Positions 26,488 to 40,606 of a stretch of 64,000 nucleotides of DNA are shown one piece after another (position 1 is the stretch's first letter; each line of letters starts with the position of its first letter). Origin of the DNA: Octopus vulgaris (Eukaryota). The stretch is taken from contig OX597831.1 in the NCBI GenBank assembly GCA_951406725.2, forward strand, positions 19,158,001 through 19,222,000, given 5' to 3'. The notes beneath the pieces are model-generated. The model did not search any database. It had not been told where the DNA came from and was given only the letters and a program-made list of their open reading frames with translations. The translations under genes and the position numbers were made by a program.

Positions 26488-28441
26488 GGTTAGCTGAGTT
26501 AGAGGTTAAAATAACCGTCTAAAAGATAGAAGAATCCATTAAACTACCGGTTTATTACCTATGTTTATCCGTGGGCATACATATGCAAGCATATTATACT
26601 AATAAATCATAAGTAACAACAAGGATAAAAATGAGTTTATAAAGAATCAAAATTTTAAGAAAACAGAAAATGGAGAAATATTGATGAACAAAAATTGAAT
26701 TACATCAATTATTATTTGTTAATTCAATCCAAATAGACTGCATCCCATTTAACAGCTGTTTATGCTTCCAACGTTCAATAGGTTTTCGACGGACACAAGG
26801 TGGAGACACAATAAGGTTGAAAATAATCATAATAATTTTAATAATTATGTTCACAGTACTAATTAATAGTTTTTATCATAATATATTGCTCATCGACTAA
26901 CTGTAAATCTTTATTTAGTACTAGGTGGTTAAGTCCTTCCACCTGAAAATTGCGTTTGTGTTTGTATGTGTGTGTGTATATCTGCGTATATGTATATCTA
27001 CGTACACACGTGTGTATAATGCATTTATGTATGTATATACACCGTAATAGAAATATAATTTGAAAGAGCCATTTAATTATATAGAAATCGTAAATTTAAA
27101 TTTAATAGTATTATGCGTATCAATTTTTTCTCTGCTGATTTACGATCAAGTCGCTAACACGGTACAGGCAGACATTTTTGAGATTTTATTAATAGTTCTT
27201 CTACAATGTATATTTTCTTTTCATTACTGTGTTCTCTCTTTTCCGCCGCACTTAGTTCTATAGATATTTGTGTGGTATTCGTGTAGATTGATTGGCAAGT
27301 TGGACATCAATTGAAAATATTAAGCAATTTTTATTTTCCTACTTTATTTTGATAATTGTTTAAAACGTTCCACAATATATATTATCGTTCCACCTAGGTT
27401 CTTTTATCAAAATAAAAAAAATACTCCATTAGGAAAGAAAGAACTTGTACAATGTGCGAGACAACCAGATGTCATATAGATTTCTATTGCGCCTTAAATA
27501 TTTGCATAGAATCATTTTATATCATTTATGCGTAAATTAAAATCATTGTAATACTGGAATCTTACAGCTGCAATGATGAATATTTAACATCCAAATTTGA
27601 TTTAAGATATGCCAAAATGTATGCTCTTTAGAATCAATTAAGATCGACCATTATTAAATAAAAAGTCATTAATGGTTTCATTCCAAATTCAATTTATATG
27701 AAATCTTAATTATTACTTTTAAAGTAACATGCATTAGGGCTTTGCATATTTGGTTTATATAATTAAGACGATGTTGAAATATTTAATCGTACCTCCCCGT
27801 TTTATTTTAAAGACTCTTCTTCTTCTTCTTCTTCTTCTTCTTCTTCTTCTTCTTCTTCTTCTTCTTCTTCTTCTTCTTCTTCTTCTTCTTCTTCTTCTTC
27901 TTCTTCTTCTTCTTCTTCTTCTTCTTCTATCCCTTCCAAACCTGATTTTGTTCACTGCTGTTTGAGATTCCGGCATTCAAAAGCTACGAAGTACTTTTGG
28001 TCTCATGAATCTTCGTAGTGTTAAATGGAAGGCAAACACCCATGCTCATTCATTCGCAGATTGCACATCTACTCACTCTCTGACCCCCAAAAGCATCGCT
28101 ACATCTTGGCAGCCAGTAGTGGACATTGGCACAAGTATATATTCACACCACGCTCCGCTCCAGTGCTGAAACTAGCTTCGCATGTACCAGCGCACTTGGC
28201 AGATATAATATCATTGGAATCAAAGAAACATTACCTTTGAATTTCGAAGTATTAATATAAACATCGAAATTCAAAAAATAGCAGCAGAAATGTTGATCAT
28301 TCAGGAGCAAAAGTCAATACCAAAGTGATCATGTCATTCGACGAACGGCTGTGTCTCATATCGTGGAGATTTGATAGATGAAGATATTTTACCTGTCACA
28401 GGTCGAATTGTACCGTGCACTGCTTCGCATAACATGATGTA

Positions 28442-28472
<31 letters not shown>

Positions 28473-28760
28473 GCCTTTGGCGCGAATGTTTTTTATACGG
28501 TGCCGTTTTTGCAATATAAATAATAATAATAGTATTTTTACATAAACGTAAAGCCTATGGCGATATTCGCGCAATGACTAAGGAAAATAGTGTAATAAAG
28601 GGGCATATAAACCCTCGACAGAAACAAAGAAGGCTTATATGACCCTTTATTAGACTATTGTCCTTAGTCATTGTACCTTAATCGCCATAAGCTTTAAGCT
28701 TATATGAAAATAATATATATATATATATTCATATATATACATATATACGTGTGTGTATAC

Positions 28761-28795
<35 letters not shown>

Positions 28796-29444
28796 TTTTC
28801 AATTGATATTTTCGTTCCCGATATCTCATCGTTCGACCATTTGTAATGAAAATAAACCCAAATCTGTAGCTATTATAGATTATAATCCTGAACGTCAAAC
28901 AGTCAGGATAATATTAAGTAAGTTCTCCTGTTTTCCTATCACACGGGATTACATTAATTTGTTGATTATTTTCATTGGAATGTTTTATGTAATTCTATTG
29001 GGAACTTTGAAATTCCGTCTATGAAGTATCTTTAAATGGCGTGCACGTTTTCATGCTTAGCAAAGAGTGACATCAAAGACGATTTTCCAGTTTATTGTCA
29101 AAATATAAAAATAATACGCATGGAAATACTTACAGCAATATATAGATTCCCGGGATTCTGCCATTGTATTTGTCGCCCAATTTCCAGAGAATTCGTGAAT
29201 AAAAGATAACCTGGAAAACAGTTTGTCAGAAAGTGAAGAAAAGTGAATTTTGCTTTAATTGTTGGAGACTTTCTTCAGTTATGAGAAAGAATTTCTGTTC
29301 AAACTTCCATATCTCATCATTCATTTTGGCTACGAAAATCCCCAGGCGAATACCTTCAACTTGTAACAATTTGTTTTCGCAGAGTATAACAAGCTGTATA
29401 GGAATGTCGGAAGGCAGTATTATTTATATGCATGTATGAATGTT

Positions 29445-29475
<31 letters not shown>

Positions 29476-30236
29476 GGATATATACATGCATATATGGCTA
29501 CAGGACGTCAGAAATGCGGAGTAGATAAAACAGGGCGCACCTGATGAATGAAAGGTACTTTATGTTGCCTGTCTTGTCTCTGTATTTGTTTCTTTCGTTG
29601 TTCCTAAAAAATGTTCGTTTTCCATGCTTTTGTTTTTATGTTTCAGTTTCTCATTTTGTTCACGTTTTTTACGTGCTTTACCCATGTGTCCTCCAACGTG
29701 TTACAATCACTTCCTCAGTTCATTATTTCAGTAAGTTCTCCGTTAGATCCTATTTTCATTTCACTCAATGTGAGAATCTTACGCAGCGCGTCAGTTTTTG
29801 CAGTTTACAGACAAATCTAACCCTAGAGATATAACTGAAAAAATAGACAAATTACAATTATAATCAAAATACGAAATACTGATGTAAAGATGTAGACAAA
29901 CAACAAAAAAATGAGTCAGGCTTACTGCGAATGCTCATTATCACCGATTTTTAAAACAATTAGTATTTGAAACCCCACTAATACTATCTGCTTACTTCTT
30001 GTAATTTTTGTTTATCATATTGTATATTTTTTATCTCTGCTTTAAAAATAGTCAAACGTATGTAAAAGTCATATGTATGTGTATATATTTTCTTCAGGTT
30101 TGCTTTCAGACGACGGTGTTTATACATTTCCCTTGTCTCGAGTTACGGTCACTTACCAGAGTTGAGCTCACCATAAAGGAGACGATTTGGCAAGCTCTCC
30201 TTTTTCATTCTAATAACATGTCCATTTTAATAACAT

Positions 30237-30288
<52 letters not shown>

Positions 30289-30294
<6 letters not shown>

Positions 30295-30805
30295 AGAAAA
30301 TGGAGGAATAGATTTTAATCAATCATCAACTACTAGATAATACCAATTCATATAATGTATTAACTAATTATTTAGGAACATCCAGATCAAACAGAATAAT
30401 ACAGAATAAAACAGTACACATCAATGAGTAAGATAATACCATAAGAACAATACATATAAATATAAAATGGATCTCACAGCTGTTTCAGCCTGTAGATAAG
30501 AGTATCTCATTATGCTCATATTAGTCACATATATTAAGGTTATAAATGAGTTACTTATATATATATCTCAAGTCTTCGCAGAGATTATAAAGTACAGTTA
30601 TAGAGGTATAAAATTATGGAGGTATAAAATGAAGATATAAAGTGCAAATATGAATATTAGAGAAGGTACCCATATACAAAAATAAGTATATATACATACA
30701 TACATATACATATAAGTGTATATACACCTGCATGGTACTTTACTGGCAGTATATTGAATAAATGTTATCCCATAGTCGGTTACACTCACAATCCCTATCT
30801 CACTT

Positions 30806-30808
<3 letters not shown>
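30289..30808. mobile_element. Non-autonomous PLE terminal-repeat remnant between (TA)n tracts, with a degenerate minus-strand hammerhead (about 30471-30585)
   Basis: Similar to 48588-48960 (AAGAAAATGGAG leader; ACAGCTGTTTC.GCC.TGTAGATAAG); 30730-30808 is an inverted match to about 48410-48490. Confidence 0.7.
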
Positions 30809-30856
<48 letters not shown>

Positions 30857-30909
30857 TTATGAATAAATGAAAGAATGAAGTTGAATGACAAATTAACAAA
30901 TTTCCTTTA

Positions 30910-30989
30910 TTTTCGACATATGTTTCGAAGGCTGCATATTCCTAATTGTGAAGGAATAAGGAGTACATTATGCCGCTTTCTCATCAGGA
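30910..30989 (-). ncRNA. Mirror hammerhead on the minus strand (intact core, shortened stem I)
   Basis: Reverse complement of 31062-31141; the 5' arm of stem I is cut by the inversion breakpoint. Confidence 0.7.
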
Positions 30990-31058
30990 GCTATGCGCTC
31001 CGTGAGAGCAGTCATCTAAAAGCTTTTGTGAATCTTGATATTGACATAAATTCCTTGT

Positions 31059-31141
31059 TTTTCCTGATGAGAAAGCGGCATAATGTACTCCTTATTCCTT
31101 CACAATTAGGAATATGCAGCCTTCGAAACATATGTCGAAAA
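31059..31141 (+). ncRNA. Minimal type I hammerhead ribozyme, intact core
   Basis: TTTTC-CTGATGA-GAAAGCGGCATA...TATGCAGCCTTC-GAAA-CATATG-TC-GAAAA; GUC cleavage triplet. Confidence 0.85.
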
Positions 31142-31344
31142 TAAAGGAAATTTGTTAATTTGTCGTTCAACTCCATTCTTTCATTTATTCATAAATTTTA
31201 TAAAAATACACAAAAATTTCCACACGAAAACACGTAGTATCTGCCCTAGGCACGTAACTTCAACCGTGTTATTTCTTATGTGAATTTACTACCCAGGTAT
31301 CGGTTAAACGAATTATCCATAAAAAGATATTTCCTTTTTCTACT

Positions 31345-31404
<60 letters not shown>

Positions 31405-32593
31405 CATACATACACACATTCATACATACATATATACATACATATATATATATATATATGTATATATGTATATATATTTACACTATCTTCTACGTTGCTT
31501 GGACCTAGTCTATATTGATATTAACATGTATAGTAAGAATAGTAAAAATGTACGTGTTGGAGATCTATGTCCCTATATAAGTATGTATGTTGTTATATTC
31601 TAGTAATAATGCATGTAAAAGTGAATAGGTGTGCTTACATAAATAGATACGTATATATTTTCATTTTTGTTTACATTCATTTCTTCACTCTTTAAAAATA
31701 GTAAGTATATATGAAACACGCGTATATCTATGGAGAAATAGATGTATGCATGCTCATATATTTTATATTTTACTTTAATATATTGTTTCCTTTCCTGGTT
31801 TTGTATTTGTAAGAGACTATGTAAGAGGTGTATATGTGTGATAAATATAAATAGATACTTGTGTGTATCACACTACATTGTATGTATACACACTACTCTG
31901 CATATAAGCAAAAAAATATTAAGAATATATGAGGGAGTGCAGGAAAGTTCCCGGTTGTGTCTATAAGAAAATACAGGAGGATCAGTAATGAAGCTGTTCT
32001 TTTTTGTTTAGTTATTTTATGCTTGCGGGACACATCGTTGTATAACTACTTCAAAATAACAAACATATATACGTGAAGCGGCATAATATATATTTATATA
32101 CTTGAATATGTGTGCGCAATAGTTGTGACTACTCATGCGCTGTTCTGTAAATAGGAGATAAACACGGTTATTCAAGAATTCATATCATCCCAGCTTCAAT
32201 GGGATTTAGATAAAATATTTAATTTTGCAAGATTTAATACATTAGTACTTACATTAGTATTTCATTATTCATTAGATTTATGTTTTATAAAATGGTCTCA
32301 TTGTAAGATACATTAATAAATAAGGGATATGGGTTTGAGTACATTGCAGGGTTGTTGACAATTATTGCCGCTTTGTAAGGGTAATTAATTTACCTAATAT
32401 TTCTGTTGTTCTAACTACAGCTCTGCTTTCGAAATAACATGTCATCTAATTTGTATCGTTCCATACACATTTGGAAACATATAAAAACAACTGTTAATTA
32501 GTTTGTTTATAAATGTGAGTTTGTGTATATATAGAGAAATATACGAGTTTGTGCGTGTGTTTATACACGCACACATATATATTTATATGCATA

Positions 32594-32647
<54 letters not shown>

Positions 32648-33228
32648 TGTGTCTTTGGTGCTGTGCGGTTAGTCCTCATATCAAATGGATTTCTAAATAT
32701 GTCACCGACTTTGATTTCTCCTTCAAATTCCATTTCCCATCATTTCCGTTTTCTGATTCGATGCAGCTTTGTTTTACGTTCATCTGACAAGAAACATTCT
32801 TTTTTAATACGCGACGTTCTTTTCAAATCTCCATTTGTATAAATGTATTTGTATTTATCTCAATTCCACATGAGATTTGCTTGTCTTATCCTTAAGGTAT
32901 AAACTTTTGTTGGTCTTTTGTTTTGAAAATCCATAGAACACTATCAGTTAAATATATCTGTGGTTAGTTGTTGAAGAGCGTACAGCATATTGAAAATCTT
33001 TGCTTGGCTTTTGTTTGTGTTATAATTTCCTTGTGTAAATTATATAATCTAGAAGAAAATAGATAGGGTTTACCGGCTAAACTTTTTATTTAAATTATCT
33101 TTTAGATGTCTGGTGAGTTACCACTGCAACTGAAGTGCTTAGAGCTTGTACCTTATATTTATTCTCCATATTACGTACCGATTATTCGTTCTAACGCACA
33201 CTCGCACATGCACATATACGCACATACT

Positions 33229-33295
<67 letters not shown>

Positions 33296-35562
33296 GTATA
33301 CGAATTAAATACATTGTATTACTTTATACAATTCTTTTTATGTAATATACAAGAAAATAATTCCACTTTATGAATACAAGGAAATACGTAATAAAACAGC
33401 AAGACACACTACTCTTTTCCTTTTTCAAAAACAAATTATTCTCCTATATAATACAGGACCATTACACAAGCTTGAATGGTGACAGAATGTATTTTTTCCC
33501 ATTTCCTTCATAGGTAGTATCCTATATGTTTTGCTCATCTGCTCAACTACATTGCTCATAAGTTTTGCAAAATTTTCCCCTTCACATTTATGTGTATCAC
33601 AAATTGTTATGCAACCTGTAATACAGCATCGCATTTATGTATGTATGTATGTATGTATGTATGTATGTATGTATGTATGTATGTATGCCATTATTCAGTT
33701 TTATTTCAAGATTTCTTGCTAAAAGAGAAAGAGCCTGTTTCTAAACGAGATCAAATATCCCTTCACTGGAGTTTCAACCTCAAAAACAGAGTTTCTTTTA
33801 TACGTAAATATTTACATGTTTTGTTCTATGTATGCTTTCTCATGCATATATTTTCATGTATAGACATGCTCATATATACTTAAATATTAAACCTCTGGAA
33901 AAGTTTACAGATTTTTCAGTTCCACTTATTCCTTGGATCTGAAATCTTCGAATCAGCGTTATCTTTTCTGGTACTGAGAAGTCTAATTGTTCAAGATTGG
34001 TATTTAGGCAGTGTCTTACATATCCTAGAGCCCCAAAAAAGTATGTATGTGTAGATGATATATATATATCGAAACAATAAAAACAATGATAGCCTGAGAA
34101 ATGTCTGTTATGTAACACAGGTGTGCATCTGGCAGTTTTGGTTGCTGAATTAGGTTCCCACTTCGAGACCAATCAATTCTACGATAATAACTCCTCATCT
34201 CAAATATTCTGTTATTGTAAATAATGGAAATTACACAAACACGTTGTCAGGCCCACTATCCTAACCTAAAAATTGTCATAGTTAAAAATGTGTTGTCAAA
34301 TCGATAATGAATACAATGCAAGCGAGAATAATGCAGATATTTTCAATTTTAATTTTTTTTACCGCCAGTAAAAACCTTCAACCTATGCATTAAAGTTTCG
34401 AAATATAAGATTCCATATTTAATCATTTGGATTGCTATGCTTAGACACATTATCCTATTTTCAGTTTTGACCTGGATCCACCATTCTTATTCTGGGACGA
34501 AGAAGTTTAATTGCCCCAGATTTCGCGACAATCACCCATGTCGGAAAATGTCAAGCCACCACTATTATTCGAGTGTTAGCTTACCTCGAACGTAATTGAT
34601 ATTCTATATCTCAATGATTACTTTGAAAACATTATACAAACAGCTTAAAAATTAGGCAGGTGTTTTCAACCAGTAACACCCCAAAATATTATCAATGGTA
34701 CTAAGTGTGTCACAATAAAATAAAGCCATAACCCAACATGCAATTTGGTTATCAATTTATCGTTTACTGGTGTTCATTTAACTTACATTCATCTTCCTGA
34801 AATACCCTGAAACGAAGCTTTTGTTTCAAAGTGTTGACATATGTTTGTAGTTTAATTATACTGAAATGTTGTCTGCTAAATTATTATTGTCAGACTTAGA
34901 GAGGCATTACTACTCGACGAAATTAATACGGTAAACACCAGGGTTAACCTCCCAAAGGGATTTTATCAGATATATATGTATATATTAACCGGCTTCTTCT
35001 TAGTTCAAAATCCCATGGCTTTATTCATATCGATCCTCTTATTTAGATTAATTCTTCAGCTGAGATTCCTCCTGCATTCGATGATACTTGAGATGACTTT
35101 AATGTAAATATATTGAAGAGGAAAGGCACTTCGTAGAATCTTTTCAGGTGGCTTTGAATATATAGTATGCTATTGCTGGCGATACTTTCAATAGGTATTA
35201 TAATATTAATGACAATATTTACAACAATTCAGTGAATGACATTTGTATTGCTTTCTAATGCTGAAGCGGTTAAGTTGTATTGGAATGGATAGTGAAGCTT
35301 TATTTTGTATCCTCATTCGCACGTACAGTGAAGCCAGTTGAGATTTAAGAGTAACCCCAACTTTTCTTTTCCATTGAATTAATCTTCTTTTCATTTACTT
35401 TACTCATGCAATGTCTCTGTCATAAAATTCAGAACTGTAATTATATATGTAAACATATATATATATTCAAATTCTGTCAAATGATGTAATGTAATATGCA
35501 TGTACGAGAGGTGCTCGGCTTGGTTTACCATTAAAACACCAGCTTAGACTGCAACTAAAATA

Positions 35563-36127
35563 TTGGGTTGTCCGGAAATTCGTGCCGATTTATAGTAGCT
35601 TACATTTCGACTTATTTTAGAACATGGTTCAGTGCATAAAATAGGATTTGACTAGGCCTCCGTTTAGAGCACAGTTTAAGTTATCTATTCATGGAGGAAG
35701 AGTTATGTTCCTATAACCTGTGTTAATTCTGTAACCCTTTAAAATGGGAGATAAGAAAGTTCATTTTCGGCACTTGATGCTTTGGGAACCAGATAAAAAT
35801 TGCTGCAGCTCGGCTGTGACGTGTTACCCCACCCTCCATATCCACGAGATATTGCTCCTTCGGATTTCCACTTATTCAGGTCTCTGCAGAATAGTCTTAA
35901 TGGTAAAAATTTCAATTTCTTGGATGATGCAAAAAGATAACTTGATAAATTATTTGCCATGAAATCGCACCAATTCTGGGAAGAGGGTATTTTTAAGTTA
36001 AAGGAAAGATGGAAACGCATTGTGCAATAAAATGGTTCATATTTGGTTGATTAAAAATGTAATGGCAAGTATTTATTGACCTTTTTCTTTCCTTTAAAAA
36101 TCGGCACGAACTTTTCAGACAACCCAG
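35563..36127 (+). mobile_element. Internally deleted mariner element
   Basis: TIRs TTGGGTTGTCCGGAAATTCGTGCCGATTT / AAATCGGCACGAACTTTTCAGACAACCCAG with TA flanks; N-terminus MGDKKVHFRH lies directly beside LPHPPYPRDIAPSDFHLF. Confidence 0.88.
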
Positions 36128-36269
36128 TATATCCGCCTAACAAAATCGTTCGTCATTGAGAGGACTGATAGACATGGCGTGAAAGGTATTTGACGACACG
36201 TGTTCATCTTACTATAGCAGCATATTTATCAACTTAATATTTTCTATATTTCAGAATTATCAATGGCAG

Positions 36270-36520
36270 AGCCTATGATTAGAAAGATATGAAGAGGCAC
36301 GCTGTCATTGTGGTTATAAAGGCTGATCAAAGCAATTTAGAAATAGCACGATTTTTAAAAGTATCTACATCCTTCGTTTACAAAATCCGCAAGGAGATAG
36401 AAACCAAAGACATAAATGTATGGCCAGTATCAAAATGTAAGAAGCATTACAAACGCACAAATAGTATTAGAACACCAGAACACCGGTTTAACTCCATATT
36501 GATTAATATACCTGTAATTC
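36270..36520 (+). mobile_element. maT-like transposase N-terminal (HTH) fragment
   Basis: KRHAVIV..SNLEIARFLKVSTSFVYKIRKE..RTPE resembles the 22.7-kb element. Confidence 0.6.
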
Positions 36521-36694
36521 GTTAATGTGTGATAGTATTAGTGTTAACACTTATCAAGTTCCAGTTGTATTTATAGATGTTTTCATCCGTCCTATATAGG
36601 AGAACAGAATTTTAATAATAAAATATAAGGAAAAGGGAGAGTTTGATCACAGACAAAAAATCCATTTATTTATATAATAGTCCAATTTCCTATC

Positions 36695-36788
36695 GCCTAC
36701 GTACGTTTCAATTTCTTACTTTCATTCATATTTTACAATAAAGGTTGCATTATGCATTGAAAATGTAAGAAGAAATCTCTTCAGGGAA
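36695..36788 (-). ncRNA. Minimal hammerhead motif (solo PLE terminal remnant)
   Basis: Minus strand: CC-CTGAAGA-GATTTCTT...AAGAAATT-GAAA-CGTACG-TA-GG; stem I weak. Confidence 0.65.
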
Positions 36789-36892
36789 AAATTCACAAAA
36801 TACTCGTGCATATACTAATGGTTGGAGTTTTGCTTAACGACTGAAATCGCAGCATGCTTGAGCGCGCGTGTGTGTTAGAATGAATTATAGTG

Positions 36893-36973
36893 TTAAAACA
36901 GCAGAGGCTTTGTGTCTGTTGCATGAATAATTAGTATTACTACAGCAGAAGCGAATTTTGATTGAGTCCTTCC
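36893..36973 (-). CDS. Candidate terminal exon of paralogous gene B
   Basis: Acceptor TCTATTTACAG/GG conserved with 13965. Phase 0 reads GRTQSKFASAVVILII...; phase 1 reads IKIRFCCSNTNYSCN. Confidence 0.35.
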   Translation of the reverse strand, partial: GRTQSKFASAVVILIIHATDTKPLLF

Positions 36974-39900
36974 CTGTAAATAGAAGCTAAATACCGTCCT
37001 CTTCCTCTTTTATGATATATAAATATATAATGAAATTATTGTATACAGTGATTCACTCACTAGACTGTAGAATTTTTGTCGAACTAATCGCCCCCAGGGC
37101 TTATTATATCTTGTCTTGAACTGTTACGTTACGAGGATGTAAACACACCAACACCGACTGCCAAGTGTTGGTGTACGTAAAACACTGACGTGAATTCACA
37201 AAGCCCCAAATCATAATTGCTTGAAATGAAAGACATAATTTTAGGAAAACAAATCCACCGATGAAAGTAATTTCATGTGATGAAAGTGTGCGACTACAGC
37301 AGTCGGTTGCATCGATTGCGTATTCGGCCGCCGAGGCAACGCTTCTATAATGAAATATAAGTATTTCATATTTGTGAAACCAATGGTGGAATAACTGCAC
37401 AATAAAACAGATATATATCGGAGCAGCATAATATTTATTTATATATGTATGAGCAATATATACAATCGCACTAAAAAATAGTCAAAATAGCAGAAAATAG
37501 CAGAATAAAATATGGTTATTCAAAAATCTGTAACGAGGAGGCTTTAATATAAATAAAACCACTGTATTTTGTTTCTCCTTCTATTTTAATTACAACGCGA
37601 TTAGCAACCGCGTTTACCACACCAATGTAAAACTATTATATTATACATTTTTTATGGATTCTACTTGTTTCAATCATTTGATTGCTGCCATGCGAGCGCA
37701 CAGCCTTGAAAGCATTTAGTTTAACAAATTGCCCTTACTACTTCATATTGTAACGTGTACTTATGCCTTGCACATTTCCCTAACCGCTAGTTTGTGGCGA
37801 CGTAAACAATCCGAAAACAAAATGGCTACGTGATAGGGTTGGACAAATACACACACGAACACACACGTATCTAAAGAGAGATTAGTTCATTTCGAAAATT
37901 GTTGTAACCGGTAGTTAGAAAGCATCAATCATCTACACGGCTGGTATAGATGGCGTAAAGCGATAGACACTCGTTCGATAAAGGTTATTTAACCAAGTAT
38001 GTTATGGAACTTGTCACATATCTAATTAGATTGGGATTTCGATAAGACAACCACCACTTAAGAAGTCGTGGTTTAGCAAAGGAGATTGATAATTATTCAA
38101 TCATAAATGAAAGGGTGCAGGGAATTGAGAAGAAAATGTGCATTACCTACGTTTCCAAAACCAATTTGAATGTGTTTTTTTATGTAACTCAAAGTTTTAT
38201 AGAATTTACATTTATGGATTGTATTTATTATGGATTGAATCTATGGATTGTATTTCAATAATGTAGAATTTATATTAACATGAACAGTGAAAAATATTAC
38301 ATATGTAGCACATGTATTTCATGTAAACCGCTTTGATATTCCTGCTAGTGGATCATATCTTAAATCCGGAGAGAGAAGGAGAGAGGCAGAGATTGTAATA
38401 CAAGCTGAATAACCACGTATATTTGGCCGATGGCAACAATAGCAATGGAATTACTTTGTAATAATACCGAAACATTTTGGGGAGGTGTTAATTGGAAGGC
38501 TGACTAGTGTTTTATTGTCAAGCTAGTGTGACCGTAGCCGTATCGAAAATGCTTCACATACAATTTCAGCGACAGAAAAGAATGTTGCGGTTACTACAGA
38601 AATGCTTCATCGACGTCACAGGGATTTACATAGCATTCTTCAGATTAAAGTAGTTGTAATGTTATAATGAATACCAAAATCGGTAATAATGCATTGCTTA
38701 CTCCATCTGTGTCACAGGAGTTTTTCTGTTTCTCCGTTGTAGCAACTCCCTGAAAACAAAACGTTGATGTGTTGTAAAATCTTTGATTGAAAACGAATAA
38801 TAAATCTTCAGAAGTATAGCCTGGGGAAATGTATCGCTATCTACGGAATATGGACGCTATCATGCAACGATCGATTAAAAAGGCATATCAGTAATAAACT
38901 CTAGGTGGAAAGAGACTGTGAAAAAAGAAATACTACAAGCATGGGAGCCGCATTTTCATTCAAACCGATTATGTCATCATTGGCTAATTCTATGTTGTAT
39001 TTTCTCATATTAATTTCAAAGAGAAAATGCTAGTTAACATATTCCACCATTCCTTACTCGACGAGCTTTCAGTTTCAGACTACCAAATCCACCACAAGAC
39101 TTTGCATAAAGCATGGTTCTTCACTATCTATCTTATTGATTTAGATGCTGTGATGTTATGCGATGTTTCGTTTTAAGTTACAAATTGAGAATTCTTGTCT
39201 GATTTGGAAGATATTGCTACCTTTATCAGGTAGTTGATGACATTGGATAATGGTTTTTATCTATTCAATTTTTTATGAATCCTCTCTGATTCCTGGGAGA
39301 AACAACTACACAGACACTTGTATATTCGATATTTCGGTGAGTTGAGCAATGGGCTTAACGTTGACACTGTTAATCCTCTTGTTACTAATACGCTATAAGC
39401 AAAAGTGATAATACGAACTTATTCCTCAACAAACAACCTCAATCGCACCATTGCTAAAACCGTGTTGCCCAGGTATCTTCCTGTATTCAGCGAGTTCAAA
39501 AGTAGCCATTGGTAGCAAAGCCAATAAAACACAGCTGCAACCGACAGTGAAACCACAATTACACTACTCTCTGGTTGATTTACACATTCTAAAACCAATG
39601 GTAACATTTGATAAAATGGACCTACAAAATAAATCATCGACTCTTACATATTGTGTCGCACTGTCCAACAGACGTTTACACATTCTGCCATTGCTGGAAT
39701 ATGAAGGTACGAATATTTTTTCAAAATGCAACAATATCTCTGGTAGAAATTATGAGTAAAATCGCAGGGTAAATTAAAACACTCATTCCAATTATTAATA
39801 GAGTAAACCCACGACATGTTGAATTAAAATTATACTGGCAACTGGCTCGAAAATCGACAGAAGGAAAAGTATACGAATATCTAAAGTATCCACTTGGGAT

Positions 39901-40126
39901 GTGCAAACAAATGAGAGGTAGGACATGGAGATGTGAAATGAAAGAGCAAAATTATCCGGATTTAATTCGATATTATCCTAGTATTCAAATAAAATATGAG
40001 TCTACTACTTACATATATGAGAAGAAAGATTCATAAAACAGAGAAATGATATAATGGAATCAATATATCCGTTATATTCTGTGCAGGATTGATGAGACTT
40101 TAGGAACAAATTATATCGATACATAC

Positions 40127-40166
40127 CTGGTATTAAAATCAAAATAAACATAGTATATTTCATCAT
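40127..40166 (-). CDS. Exon 1 (signal peptide MMKYTMFILILIP) of paralogous gene B
   Basis: MKY start, hydrophobic, phase-1 CAG/GTATGT donor, shared CACAATATGAA leader and an upstream TATATA. Confidence 0.5.
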
Positions 40167-40606
40167 GAAATTTTTTGCTCACTTCAAAATCTTTTCATAT
40201 TGTGGTGTCTTACACGAAGCAATTACTAATATATATGTTATGTAACATGTGTTTGAAGAAAAGTTTGAATGTTGTCGACTGGCGTAATTAAGATATTTGA
40301 AGTTAAATAGTTAATGCAATGTGTGTGATAGATCGCTAGCCACTGCACATTCTTTGTTTTCTCTCCTTGTTTCTTTCTCTGTTCCCTTCTGTGCAAGAGC
40401 CTAAGCCCGAACCGTTAAAGACTTTTTGACTTCCCGAGCATCTGTTTGTTATCTACACCAGCTATCTTCGTCTTTTATTTTTTATGAATTCGAAGCACTG
40501 CTGTAAACAGCGGAAGTAAGCAATATCGTGAAAACGTAGTGCACGTGCACAGCAACGTTCAAGGTGAACCTGTGCCAAGCGATTTCACTCTGCGTGCTTT
40601 AGCTTT

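Larger units (their letters stand above)
23610..28984 (+). repeat. Recent segmental/tandem duplication, copy 2
   Basis: Near-identical to 1-5399 (offset about 23.6 kb). Confidence 0.95.
30853..31198. mobile_element. Non-coding fold-back element with 137-bp arms consisting largely of a hammerhead cassette
   Basis: 30853-30989 is an almost perfect reverse complement of 31062-31198; the left arm abuts (TA)n. Confidence 0.88.

Noticed and set aside
33106-33112. 7-nt microexon-like TTTTAG/ATGTCTG/GTGAGT (similar 10-nt case at 14938-14947, minus strand)
   Set aside because: Such short patterns arise by chance; needs RNA evidence.
33425-34172. Minus-strand ORFs with acceptor-like sites as exons of gene B
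   Set aside because: No similarity to gene A exons and no convincing donor sites.
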